From the UHGV virus genome UHGV-0254298: a stretch of 40,964 nt of DNA; one strand, written 5' to 3'. This DNA is from a virus. Below are positions 25,862 to 35,403 of the stretch, piece after piece (within the stretch, counting starts at the first letter, position 1; every line of letters starts with the position of its first letter). The notes below the pieces were generated by a model. That model was given only the letters and a program-made list of their open reading frames with translations. It made no database searches and was not told where the DNA came from. Made by a program: the position numbers and the translations under genes.

Positions 25862-26350
25862 TTACTCCTTTTCGTCGTCTACTCCATTCATGTTTTCAGT
25901 TTCTGCGTTTATCAGTTTCTCCGTTACTGCCAGTCCCTTGATTAAAAAGGCCGGCACATTGTATCCGCATTCCACCAGGTTTTCCAGAATACTGCGGATT
26001 TCGTTTACCAGCAGGCATGCCAATGTAAACCATCCCAGGAGCAGCAGGAAATCCAAATTAATCCCCAGGAGGTCATGCCCCAGGCCGATGAACAGTTTCG
26101 GCATCAAAAAAGCTACCAGTATAATCACCCAGTAGCCTAGCTTTTTCAGTATCCCTTTCAGTCCTGTCTTGCTTGATTCCCGTCCCAGCTTTCTGGCCTT
26201 GTACCAGCCCGTCAGCCAGTCTAAAACATTGCAAAGCAGGTATCCTGCAAATATGTACCAATACGGTCCCAGGATAGTTACAAGGATTGTTACGACTGCT
26301 CCGTAAATAGCATTACATTTGTCTAATAATTTCATTTTCATTAACCTCAC
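25862..26350 (-). CDS. Holin (phage_holin_4_1/TcdE-like)
   Basis: 162 aa with three or more hydrophobic helices ('AIYGAVVTILVTILGPYWYIFAGYLL', 'LGYWVIILVAFLMPKLFIGLG', 'LLLLGWFTLACLLV'). Lies next to XkdX. Confidence 0.65.
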   Translation of the reverse strand: MRLMKMKLLDKCNAIYGAVVTILVTILGPYWYIFAGYLLCNVLDWLTGWYKARKLGRESSKTGLKGILKKLGYWVIILVAFLMPKLFIGLGHDLLGINLDFLLLLGWFTLACLLVNEIRSILENLVECGYNVPAFLIKGLAVTEKLINAETENMNGVDDEKE

Positions 26351-26356
26351 CTTTCC

Positions 26357-26494
26357 TTATTTTGTGGTGTATATCTCGCCAGTAATCTCCTTATAATCCT
26401 CCTCAGATAACTTCCCGGCCGCCACCAGGGCCTTAAGCCGGTTAATGTTCCACAGCCTTGGGTAATACTTTATCGCTAATCCCTTTACATCCAT
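26357..26494 (-). CDS. XkdX-family small protein
   Basis: ATG at 26494 after GGAGGTG. MDVKGLAIKYYPRLWNINRLKALVAAGKLSEEDYKEITGEIYTTK. Sits just before the holin, the typical XkdX position. Confidence 0.5.
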   Translation of the reverse strand: MDVKGLAIKYYPRLWNINRLKALVAAGKLSEEDYKEITGEIYTTK

Positions 26495-26508
26495 GGTTTC
26501 ACCTCCCC

Positions 26509-26919
26509 TTATAAATCAATACCGGCCATAATAGCCACGTAATCAATATCAGCTGTATTCTTTTCCACCCTGGCTGCCTCCCGCGGCTGAAAGAGCGTCA
26601 GGAGCGCCACGCGGCCATATACAGCCTCTGTGGTGACGGCGCCATCCTCCGCGTACTGCTCTGGAGTGATAAGATAGTGGTCGTCAATAGACTTAGGGTT
26701 GCCCAACACGGTATAGCCATCGTACACGGCTAGGGTGCCGCCATCCACATTGACAGTCTTAATCTGCTCCGTGGCTGCGGTGTCATTAAACACGCCCACG
26801 ATATCCTCAAGTGCCTCATCCGTCTGGAAAATAAGCCGTAGAGTGCCGGGCGTGGAGGAGGTGCCGCCGATGACCAGCGGATACTCCTTCCCGTTTTTCA
26901 ATACAATCTTTTCATTCAT
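26509..26919 (-). CDS. Hypothetical tail-associated protein
   Basis: 136-aa ORF. Confidence 0.45.
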   Translation of the reverse strand: MNEKIVLKNGKEYPLVIGGTSSTPGTLRLIFQTDEALEDIVGVFNDTAATEQIKTVNVDGGTLAVYDGYTVLGNPKSIDDHYLITPEQYAEDGAVTTEAVYGRVALLTLFQPREAARVEKNTADIDYVAIMAGIDL

Positions 26920-27096
26920 ATCTTTTCCTTTCCGCCCTTCCGGGCAATAAAATAAGCCCCTGGTTTAGGGACCTGGTTTGCAGGTTACATTCATATTTAA
27001 AATAGCAATTTAGGTAATATCAGTGATGATATTAACCCACTTAAGTCCAACTACGTTAGCCATATAAATGTAAATGTATTAAATAAGGTTAACCTA

Positions 27097-27303
27097 GTGT
27101 TGTGGGACGCCAACACAGCGGATACCCCGTTTAAAGCAGGTAATACTGTTTATGGTAACGGCTTTTGTATCACATACAGTAGTGGCGTAGAGCAATGGCT
27201 ATGTCAGTTGGCAATGGCTGTAGGAGATTCACATCTATTTACCAGGCATCAGAGAGAGGGCGTTTGGAGCGGATGGACAACAATAGGTTCTCCTAGCAGT
27301 TAA
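27097..27303 (+). other. Orphan ORF fragment on the opposite strand resembling a tail-fibre C-terminal tip; no RBS; GTG start
   Basis: 'NTVYGNGFCITYSSGVEQWLCQLAMAVGDSHLFTRHQREGVWSGWTTI'. Ends TAATAATTA, head-to-head with the stop of the minus-strand fibre gene. Confidence 0.2.
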
Positions 27304-27306
27304 TAA

Positions 27307-28071
27307 TTATTTGGTAGGATAAATCATCTCGAAATAAAATATACTATTGCCTTTAGCCCCTGAATCAATTGTTATGTTTCCAGTATTGGCATTAACCTTA
27401 AATACTCCGTACCCTGTTGTACCATGAATCAGACATACTTTTTCCTGGGCTGATATAAGTAATCCGCTGATTAAAAGAGTATTATTAACTGTTGTGTCTT
27501 GCTTTAATGTAACAAGCGCATTTACTACACATTGTTTTCCGATTTTATAATAATTGGCTGATCCGGTAGCCCAATCCGCATTTATGGTAGCTACCCCTGA
27601 TTCCATTTCTAAATTGCTATTTATGTCAGCTTTGACCTGCTTAAGGTATGCGCTGGATGGGACCTTATTTGTTGCTGTGGACTCTGTCTGTACGATGTCA
27701 GTTTTTTTAAGGTAATCCGCCAGCTTTAACAAAAGGGCCTCATTTGTCACCGCCTTATTAATAATAAAGTCACCTACCTTATCCAGGAAGGTCTGCAAGA
27801 TAGTCTTTTTTTTCTTCGTCCCGTCTATAATTCCTGATGTGTCTATAACGGTAATGCCATCGGCTGATGCCTCATTAAATCCCTTTGCCATATACCGCCA
27901 ATTTTCGCCGTTTGCCGGAGTGACGCCATGCAGGTTGTCCTTTAATGCCACATAGGTACTACCTTCATAGTATACTACATTGTACTTGTTATATGTGGCA
28001 TCCGCGCTGTATACCCCCTTGTCTGCGTAGCCAACGTTTCCTAACTTCGTATATCCTTCTGGTGCTGCCAT
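27307..28071 (-). CDS. Tail fibre / receptor-binding protein candidate
   Basis: 254 aa, RBS GGAGGA, Thr/Asn/Gly-rich C-terminus. Follows another fibre-like gene. Confidence 0.45.
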   Translation of the reverse strand: MAAPEGYTKLGNVGYADKGVYSADATYNKYNVVYYEGSTYVALKDNLHGVTPANGENWRYMAKGFNEASADGITVIDTSGIIDGTKKKKTILQTFLDKVGDFIINKAVTNEALLLKLADYLKKTDIVQTESTATNKVPSSAYLKQVKADINSNLEMESGVATINADWATGSANYYKIGKQCVVNALVTLKQDTTVNNTLLISGLLISAQEKVCLIHGTTGYGVFKVNANTGNITIDSGAKGNSIFYFEMIYPTK

Positions 28072-28082
28072 AATTATCCTCC

Positions 28083-28679
28083 TTATGCTACAATTTTCCA
28101 GTACAGTACCGCGTCAGCCACAGCAAAATCAACTCCGGTCCCGCCTTTTTTATATAAAGCACCTGTCTCTACGTCCAAATAGAAGTCAGGAGCTGTAATC
28201 TGTGAATACTGACTGGCCCGGTCAGCTTCATCCTTTGCCCGGTCGGCCTGAGTTTTAGATTGCCTGCTGTGGTACTCGCTGTTATTCGTATCCTCACCCG
28301 GCCTTGTTCCGGTCCCTCCATGGGCCCAACTCTCTGACAATGATGCGGAGGCATCAGCTCCTCGTTTCGCCGTTTCTGCCAGTCGCCGCTGCTCCGTAGT
28401 TTCTGCCAGCTTCGTATCTGCATACTGCTTATATTCCTCTGTAATCTCATTGGCATGGTCAACGGCGCCCTGCGCTTCTTGCCGGACCAGCTGGACATCC
28501 CTGGTCGCCTGGTCAACAGCTTCACCTTTCTCAACCAGATAATCCACTGCGCCGTTCATCTGGTTTTGCAGCTCTGTCAATGCCTCCACATTGGCCGACC
28601 GAACCTGCCGCCCATATCTGGCATTCTTCCAGTCCTGTATCTGCTGATTTATGTCGATATGTACTGGTTGTGCTGCCAT
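28083..28679 (-). CDS. Tail-fibre-like coiled-coil protein (start at 28679)
   Basis: ATG at 28679 after AAGGAAGGTGA. Gln/Ala-rich coiled-coil region. Confidence 0.4.
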   Translation of the reverse strand: MAAQPVHIDINQQIQDWKNARYGRQVRSANVEALTELQNQMNGAVDYLVEKGEAVDQATRDVQLVRQEAQGAVDHANEITEEYKQYADTKLAETTEQRRLAETAKRGADASASLSESWAHGGTGTRPGEDTNNSEYHSRQSKTQADRAKDEADRASQYSQITAPDFYLDVETGALYKKGGTGVDFAVADAVLYWKIVA

Positions 28680-28749
28680 AACAATCACCTTCCTTTTGGC
28701 ATACAAAAAGAGCGGGGACATTGCCTCGCTCTCATTCATTCATTTCAAG

Positions 28750-29319
28750 TTATTCGTGGCTGGTACAGTCTGGAATGTACTGCGATTCCAAATAAGTAAT
28801 AAACTCAGGGTCAGTGCAAGTCACCAGGCCGTCTGCCGCAGTCTTATGACCGTTCCAATAATCATATCCTTCCACCAGCTCGCCATATCCATTAAAGGCA
28901 TATAACACACCATCAATCTTGGTGATATCCACTGGGATGGTATAATCATCAAACCGGAAGGACCAAATTCCATCTTCGGACTGGCTCCATTTTCCGGAAT
29001 AAGTCTCACGCTTCCCTCCGTCGTCTTTTATGCCGTGACCTCCGCATATCATACCATAATTAAATGATTCTTGGAGATACTCCCTTCTATCATCGGCCCT
29101 TTTCCCTGGTTGAAAACGTGCCACTATTTCATCACTTATCCATGTCCACTTATAATCAAGCGTTCTATCAGCATTTATTTTTTCATTCTTTGGATTTGGA
29201 ATGATTAAGGTTGGCTCATTTGGGTCATTTGGATTATTGTATTCAATTTCCATTGCAAACACATTAAAAGTAAAAACCAATGACAATAATGCTACTATAA
29301 GAATACTAATTTTTTTCAT
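28750..29319 (-). CDS. Secreted protein with Sec signal peptide and CW_binding_1-type repeats
   Basis: ATG at 29319 after GGAGGG. Signal peptide 'MKKISILIVALLSLVFTFNVFA'. C-terminal 'SGKWSQSEDGIWSFRFDDYT...IDGVLYAFNGYGELVEG'. Confidence 0.6.
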   Translation of the reverse strand: MKKISILIVALLSLVFTFNVFAMEIEYNNPNDPNEPTLIIPNPKNEKINADRTLDYKWTWISDEIVARFQPGKRADDRREYLQESFNYGMICGGHGIKDDGGKRETYSGKWSQSEDGIWSFRFDDYTIPVDITKIDGVLYAFNGYGELVEGYDYWNGHKTAADGLVTCTDPEFITYLESQYIPDCTSHE

Positions 29320-29378
29320 ATGAATCCCTCCTATAGTTGCATTATACATGAGAGATACTTTTAATTCAATACCCCTTT

Positions 29379-31376
29379 CTATGATTTAGCTTCAAGTCTT
29401 TCTATTCTATTCCAGAGTTCGATTATATTAGTAGATACTGACCCCCATTGCCCCCCATACTCACTTATCAACGTATTTAATGTAATATCTCTTGTTGTTA
29501 TAGCACTGTAACTTACTCTTGTTGTCAATCCATTATAACTTAATTGCATTGCTGGACCGTTCATATATGGGAATGCCGGTGTGTAAAATTCAATGGTGTT
29601 ATCTCGGCTATAGAATGCTCCAGAACCATTACTGGATACCCCAAAATCTCCTATCCATGTATAACTTGGTGTTATCAAAGTATTCCCAATAGCAATCTGT
29701 CCAGAACTGATTACCACGGATCCATCATCATCCACATAAAAGGTGCCGTTACCTATGTCGATTGTACCGCCAATGATATCCGAACCAATTATGGTACTGC
29801 CCTGAATCACTCCCAGAAGGACGTGCAGTCCTGTATTGTCCCAGCTTCCAATTTCATTTCCGTTGGCGTTTTTGACTACGATCTTTCCATCCTTAGCAAG
29901 GCCATACCCGCCTAATTCTAGGATTCCACCACGGATACGGTCCGCCAGCATCTGACCGGCAGTGATAAAATCAGCCAACAGGTTCCCATCAATGGTCCAG
30001 GCGTTACGGTATGGTCCATTGATTCCATTGGTGGAGAATCCGATACCATTCTGGTTTATCTGGATGATATTCGTTGCAGTCTCTTTGTCTGGTGTGTTCA
30101 TGACTAGGATGCGCCAGGGATGCGTTTTCTTGCCTGTAACCGGGTCCTGGCTATCAAGGACGACGTAGCCTCCCAGCCCTCCTGTGATGAGGTTTGTTGC
30201 ATTGGCTATCTTCCGGGCCATCTCATCGTATGCCTTGGATTCGGATTCCTGCACTGCTTTTGAGATACTTACCTGCTTATTCACGGTGGAGCCGGTGAAG
30301 CTGCTTACCGTTGTTCCAAGGGATATGCTGCCCTTCGCTGGGTCATCCAGGTACATATCGAGCTGAGCCAGCAACAGGTCCTTGCTGACGCCATGAGGTT
30401 TGCTGATAGCCGTTGTGTAATACCCGACTCGGAAGCGCCGGATATCTATACCGGTATAATTAAGGTCCACAGCTGATACCTTAAGCGTATCCGGTATCCC
30501 GGACACCTCCTTCAGATATTCCCTGGCCTTTTCCAGAAGCCTTGCCGGGTCTGTGATGTCCGGCCATTGGAACGTCCCCCATATCTTCCCGTACTCATCC
30601 AGCACGGCCTGTTCCGCCGTGATATAATCCTTCCCGTCATTAACCGATGTGATATCAACCGTGCCTTTCTGTGTCTCTCCAAGTTCGTCCTGGTATTCTA
30701 CATCCCCTCCGTAGGGTATCATGCATGTCACCACATTGGTGGCATCCTGGTACTTCGTCAGGTCCAGGAGATTGACGCCGAAACGTATCTGCTGTTCATT
30801 CTTACCGCCATAGTCGTAGGTGTAATTCAGATACTTCTTGCCGTCCCTGTATTCAACCCATATATATCCCCCGTGGACGTCTATCAGCTGCGCTTTTAAT
30901 GTATTCCAGGTGTTGTCAATCTTTGTGGACTCCCGCTTAAACTCGTTGTTTTCATCGGCCACATTTACCCGGCCCAGGACAAACTGTTTCCGCTCCTCCA
31001 CCTGCCCGTTATGGTTATCCACCATCTGGGCGAGAAAATCGTGAATGTTCCCCGTCAAGGAGAAAGGGCGCTGCGCGCTGTCAATGAGATAGGACAGGCT
31101 CCCCTCACAGACTACATCCTTAGTGTTATGGAAATCTGACTCATCCGATAATATACGCCCCTCATATATCAATACCCCATCCTCTATCACCTGGATGGAT
31201 GACTTCATTTTCTTTAGGGTGCTGTAATACATATGACTGGAAGGAATACGGAACGTAAGCGCTCCAGTCTTGTTGAGAGTAAGAGTCAGACGAGGCTCAA
31301 TCACTCTCAGGTTCCTGTCGCGCTGGTCATGCAGGCAGTACGTCCTGCCATTAATCACATTATTGATTTTATACAT
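29379..31376 (-). CDS. Tail-associated lysin / prophage tail endopeptidase (Tal)
   Basis: 665 aa directly after Dit. N-terminus typical of the prophage endopeptidase tail family. Confidence 0.75.
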   Translation of the reverse strand: MYKINNVINGRTYCLHDQRDRNLRVIEPRLTLTLNKTGALTFRIPSSHMYYSTLKKMKSSIQVIEDGVLIYEGRILSDESDFHNTKDVVCEGSLSYLIDSAQRPFSLTGNIHDFLAQMVDNHNGQVEERKQFVLGRVNVADENNEFKRESTKIDNTWNTLKAQLIDVHGGYIWVEYRDGKKYLNYTYDYGGKNEQQIRFGVNLLDLTKYQDATNVVTCMIPYGGDVEYQDELGETQKGTVDITSVNDGKDYITAEQAVLDEYGKIWGTFQWPDITDPARLLEKAREYLKEVSGIPDTLKVSAVDLNYTGIDIRRFRVGYYTTAISKPHGVSKDLLLAQLDMYLDDPAKGSISLGTTVSSFTGSTVNKQVSISKAVQESESKAYDEMARKIANATNLITGGLGGYVVLDSQDPVTGKKTHPWRILVMNTPDKETATNIIQINQNGIGFSTNGINGPYRNAWTIDGNLLADFITAGQMLADRIRGGILELGGYGLAKDGKIVVKNANGNEIGSWDNTGLHVLLGVIQGSTIIGSDIIGGTIDIGNGTFYVDDDGSVVISSGQIAIGNTLITPSYTWIGDFGVSSNGSGAFYSRDNTIEFYTPAFPYMNGPAMQLSYNGLTTRVSYSAITTRDITLNTLISEYGGQWGSVSTNIIELWNRIERLEAKS

Positions 31377-32077
31377 TATAGGCTTCCTCCCCTATAGCTT
31401 ACGGTCACCGTACCGTGTCCCGTGAATGTCATCACATGCTCACCGTCCTTTATCTCAATATCCGGCAGATAGTTTTCTCCCATTTTCAGGTCAAACATTT
31501 CACCCGCAAATTCCACTTGCATATCGGATGATACTGTAATTCTTGGCACCACGGGCATGGGCGAACCTATAACAGTGAGCGCAAATGCCCCATCCACGAG
31601 TTGGTTTCCATACTCCTTGATTACCCCCTCTTCAAAATCAAAGGGGTCCCACAGCCATTCCTCATCTGTAGCCGTGAGTTCATACTTATATGGGTCGCAT
31701 TCAAATTTCAGTGTCACCAAACTAAACACCCGGTTCTTCTTTTCATATTCACAGGTACCGCGTCCCAGGTAATAAAATCCGTTGTCCCAATCCAGGACAA
31801 TTTTCCGTTTCTTCCCATGCAGGTAATTACTGAGCTGGCTCATCCGTCCAGCCCAGTCATAATAGCTCCGGTCCTCTATGTCACATTCGATTGTAATTTT
31901 GCGGTCCTCATACCGTGTGCCAAAGTAATCCGTCATATCAAGGTATCCATCCGCTCCCGGTATGTCAATCTTACTCTCCTTTACCGATGGAGTCCCTATG
32001 TTGATGGACTTAATCCGGAGGCCAAAATCATCATAGGTATGTTTCTCGCCATCAAAGGTGATTCCTAGATATTTCAT
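31376..32077 (-). CDS. Distal tail protein (Dit, Sipho_tail family)
   Basis: 233 aa immediately after the tape measure. 'MKYLGITFDGEKHTYDDFGLRIKSINIGTPS'. Confidence 0.75.
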   Translation of the reverse strand: MKYLGITFDGEKHTYDDFGLRIKSINIGTPSVKESKIDIPGADGYLDMTDYFGTRYEDRKITIECDIEDRSYYDWAGRMSQLSNYLHGKKRKIVLDWDNGFYYLGRGTCEYEKKNRVFSLVTLKFECDPYKYELTATDEEWLWDPFDFEEGVIKEYGNQLVDGAFALTVIGSPMPVVPRITVSSDMQVEFAGEMFDLKMGENYLPDIEIKDGEHVMTFTGHGTVTVSYRGGSL

Positions 32078-35000
32078 TCCATATCCCTTCCTTCCATCCT
32101 TCCACGGTTCCCCAGGTTGTCATTCACAGGTTCGGACACAATGCTTCCCACATTCTTCCCGTCCATATTGACGGATACACCGTCCATAGCATTCGCCATT
32201 TCCTGTCCCATCCTGCGGTAATCCATAGCATATCCCGGACCGTATCCCTCATTCCCATAGGTACTTGCAGTGAGGCTGGGCGTTCCGGTCACCGCTCCGA
32301 CACCGGCCAGTGCCGCATTGATTCCTCCGTTCCCCATCATAGCACCCGCGGCTGCCTGCATTGCATTGGCCACTACGGCCTGCACCGTTTCCTGCAACTG
32401 ACCGGACATGGACTTGATACCCTCTATCATACTGGTGATAGACTGCTTTCCCACATCCGCCATACTGGACGGAAGTGTGTCCACGGAGCCAAGTACATTC
32501 TTAGCTATAGCCTTGAACTGTTCCAGGTTCTCGGTGGAGCCGGATGCGTCCCTGATGGACCCCGCCATAGCGGAAACAAGAGCAACCGCATTCTGGGCCG
32601 CCGTTAGTTTCATGGTCTCCAGCGGCTGGTTGAGAGCCACACCAAGCTCAGTCATGGAAGATACATATTCCTGCTGGTACTTTGCCAGTTCTGCCGATGT
32701 CTCCCGCTGCATCTGTGCAATCTGCTGGGATATCTCCTCCCGCATCGGTTCCATCTCTGCCACGGCTTCCTGGCGCGCGATACGGTTTTTAGCCCTGAAC
32801 AGGCTCACATATTCATCCAGTTGGTCGTCGCTCATTTCTGTCATGAGCTGGATTTCGGCTGCGGCCTTTGGCCCAAGCCCCTGAAGTTCCTCCAGAAGGT
32901 CGTCGCCAATCCCACGGCGTTCCAGGTCCCGCAGGTTCTTACGCCACTGCTTCAGTCCATCCACCTGTGATTGCAGGTTGTTAAGCAGGTCATCCGCTGT
33001 CAGGTCTGTACTGGAATCAAATGCATCGAACAACCCATAAGCTGACTTAATCTGGTCTGCGCGCTGGTTGACAGCATCCTTGTACTGGTTATTGAGGTCC
33101 TTAATCTTGTCATTCAGGTCTTTGTACGCATTAGCAACCTTGTCCGTATAATCTTCTTCGGCCTCCAGCATCCTGTCATTCAGGTCCTTCTTGGCTGTCA
33201 GGTATTCCTTGTCTGCATCAATCCTGGCCTGAGTGCCTTCTTTTGTCTGCTTACGTACCTCGTCCCAGTATCCTGCCTCATCCGCAAGAGTAAGGCGGTT
33301 ATAGACCTTATAGTTTTCCAGTTTCTTCTTGGCCGCATCCAGTGTAGCCTGCGCAACTTCCTCCGCGCTCTTCTTGGCGTATTTTTTATTAGTCCGGATT
33401 CCCTCCGCGATACCAAGGGATATATTGCGTCCAACCTCGTCCCTGAACACACGCGATGGGGAATGAATGCCTAACAGGCTCTTAAGGCCATTCAAGGCTG
33501 ACTCACCCACGCTCTTTGCGGCGTCAATAATAGTCCCGATAGCATTCTTAAGGCCGTTCGCGATTCCGCTTACGATGTCCTTACCAATCTGAATCCAGTC
33601 AAATTCCATGAACTTGTCTTTTACGGATGTGATAACCTCTGGAATTTTACTGACCAGTTCCGGGATGGCCTGGATGATTCCGGCTGCAAGTTCGCCCAGT
33701 AATTCAATTCCCTTCTGCAGGATTTCCGGGAGGTGGCTTGCAATTGTGGCGATTATCTGTATCAGTGCTTCGGCGGCAGCCCCGATAACGGCTGGCAGAT
33801 TTGACAGAATTCCCTGGGCCAGCTGCCCAATGAGTTTGATGCCTGTCTCCAGTATCTGAGGCAGTATGCCCAGGAAAGTATCATATAACTTGCTTATGAT
33901 GTTTCCTGCATTCGCTATGAGGGATGGAAGTCCGCTTAACAGTCCCTGTATAAACTGATTAAGCGCGTCAGCCCCTTGCTGTAAGATTTTTGGCAGATGC
34001 GTACTTATGGCAGCGGTGAACTGATTGAACAGAGTTGCTGCCTGTGCCTGCAGTGTCGGTGCATTGGTCATTAACCCTTGGATAATGCCGTCAATGATGG
34101 ACAACCCAAGCGATAACAAGGATGGGACCAGCATGATTATGCCCTGAGTGATGGCAATAAGCAGGGAGCCTCCGGCCTCCAGCAACTGGGGCATGTTTTC
34201 ATTTAGGCCCTGTATTAACGTATCAATAAACGATACAGCAAGTTCAATAAAGGCAGGAAGCTGTTCAACAAGTCCTGTCGCGATATCCGTCACAAGACCT
34301 GCGCCCATTTGGATAAACTGGTCCGCGCTGCCTTCAAATTCCTGCCACAGTTCATCGACCACCATCGGCACTGTTTCTGCCAGCCTTGGGACAATTTCTC
34401 CCAGATTCTTCCCTACATTTACGGCGACCGTGGCAACCGCATCCGCCAGCTCCTTGGCCGTTCCTGAGCCATTCAGGAAATTGTCAAAGGCGGCCCTTGC
34501 GGCGTTCATGGAACCCTCTATGGTGGTTGATGCTTCCTTGGCCGTTGTGCCGGTTATGTCAAGCTCACCCTGGATAACATGGATGGCAGAGTATACGTCA
34601 TTCAGGTTGCTGATGTCATACTTCACGCCGGATATTTTGGTGGCATCCGCAAGGAGGCGGTTCATTTCCTCCTTTGTTCCGCCATAACCCAGTTTCAGGT
34701 TGTCCAGCATCGTATAATTTTGCTTTGCGAATCCCTGATATGCGTTCTGGATGGATGTCATGTCCGTACCCATCTTATTGGCGTTATCAGACATGTCCAC
34801 CATTGCCATATCGGCTATCTTTGCCGCTTCTGCCGTGTCCCCGGCCACGCTCTGTAATAGTGATGCGGAAAAACTGGTGACACTTTGCATGTACTCATTG
34901 GCTGACAAACCCGCAGTCTTATAGGCATTGTTTGCATTCTCTATGACTGTCTTGGCATTTTCCTTGAAAAGCGTTTCCACGCCGCCCACATTCTGTTCCA

Positions 35001-35205
35001 AGCTGGCTACAGAACCTAATGCAGCCTTTGACATACCGGCAAAAGCGGCAGTGATTCCAGCGACTGAGGCTCCCAGGACCGCCAGTCCCCCCTTGGCTAT
35101 CCCACCAAGTTTGCTGATACCGCTTGAAAATCCCTTTTCGTCAACCCTTGTATCAAAATTCAGATGGCCGTCGGCCTCAAATAATTGTAAGTTAAAATAA
35201 GCCAT
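32074..35205 (-). CDS. Tape measure protein
   Basis: 1043 aa. Repetitive helical 'GL..L...P.LL' segments and a Gly/Met-rich C-terminus. N-terminus 'MAYFNLQLFEAD'. Confidence 0.9.
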   Translation of the reverse strand: MAYFNLQLFEADGHLNFDTRVDEKGFSSGISKLGGIAKGGLAVLGASVAGITAAFAGMSKAALGSVASLEQNVGGVETLFKENAKTVIENANNAYKTAGLSANEYMQSVTSFSASLLQSVAGDTAEAAKIADMAMVDMSDNANKMGTDMTSIQNAYQGFAKQNYTMLDNLKLGYGGTKEEMNRLLADATKISGVKYDISNLNDVYSAIHVIQGELDITGTTAKEASTTIEGSMNAARAAFDNFLNGSGTAKELADAVATVAVNVGKNLGEIVPRLAETVPMVVDELWQEFEGSADQFIQMGAGLVTDIATGLVEQLPAFIELAVSFIDTLIQGLNENMPQLLEAGGSLLIAITQGIIMLVPSLLSLGLSIIDGIIQGLMTNAPTLQAQAATLFNQFTAAISTHLPKILQQGADALNQFIQGLLSGLPSLIANAGNIISKLYDTFLGILPQILETGIKLIGQLAQGILSNLPAVIGAAAEALIQIIATIASHLPEILQKGIELLGELAAGIIQAIPELVSKIPEVITSVKDKFMEFDWIQIGKDIVSGIANGLKNAIGTIIDAAKSVGESALNGLKSLLGIHSPSRVFRDEVGRNISLGIAEGIRTNKKYAKKSAEEVAQATLDAAKKKLENYKVYNRLTLADEAGYWDEVRKQTKEGTQARIDADKEYLTAKKDLNDRMLEAEEDYTDKVANAYKDLNDKIKDLNNQYKDAVNQRADQIKSAYGLFDAFDSSTDLTADDLLNNLQSQVDGLKQWRKNLRDLERRGIGDDLLEELQGLGPKAAAEIQLMTEMSDDQLDEYVSLFRAKNRIARQEAVAEMEPMREEISQQIAQMQRETSAELAKYQQEYVSSMTELGVALNQPLETMKLTAAQNAVALVSAMAGSIRDASGSTENLEQFKAIAKNVLGSVDTLPSSMADVGKQSITSMIEGIKSMSGQLQETVQAVVANAMQAAAGAMMGNGGINAALAGVGAVTGTPSLTASTYGNEGYGPGYAMDYRRMGQEMANAMDGVSVNMDGKNVGSIVSEPVNDNLGNRGRMEGRDME

Positions 35206-35247
35206 ACTACTCCTTTCGCAGTAGCACGGCTCATTGGCTCACAGATG

Positions 35248-35403
35248 CTAAATCCTTATCTCAAATTCCTTTCTGCACTCCTTACATTTCACATATACCC
35301 CATTGCTATGGGCTGTGTTGTCGTATAACACCGCATTCTTCCCACAATAGGGGCATCGGTACCACTTGCGCAACAAAGGGGGCTTTTCAATCTCTTTTAT
35401 CAT
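35248..35403 (-). CDS. Cys-rich KTR-like small zinc-ribbon protein (51 aa)
   Basis: MIKEIEKPPLLRKWYRCPYCGKNAVLYDNTAHSNGVYVKCKECRKEFEIRI. ATGA overlap with the upstream chaperone ORF. Not in the ORF track. Confidence 0.45.
   Translation of the reverse strand: MIKEIEKPPLLRKWYRCPYCGKNAVLYDNTAHSNGVYVKCKECRKEFEIRI

Noticed and set aside
27097-28071. Invertible tail-fibre switch (Gin/Cin-type) or diversity-generating retroelement
   Set aside because: No serine invertase and no reverse transcriptase (no YxDD-containing ORF) exist anywhere in the window. I kept the convergent fragment as an orphan or remnant observation only.
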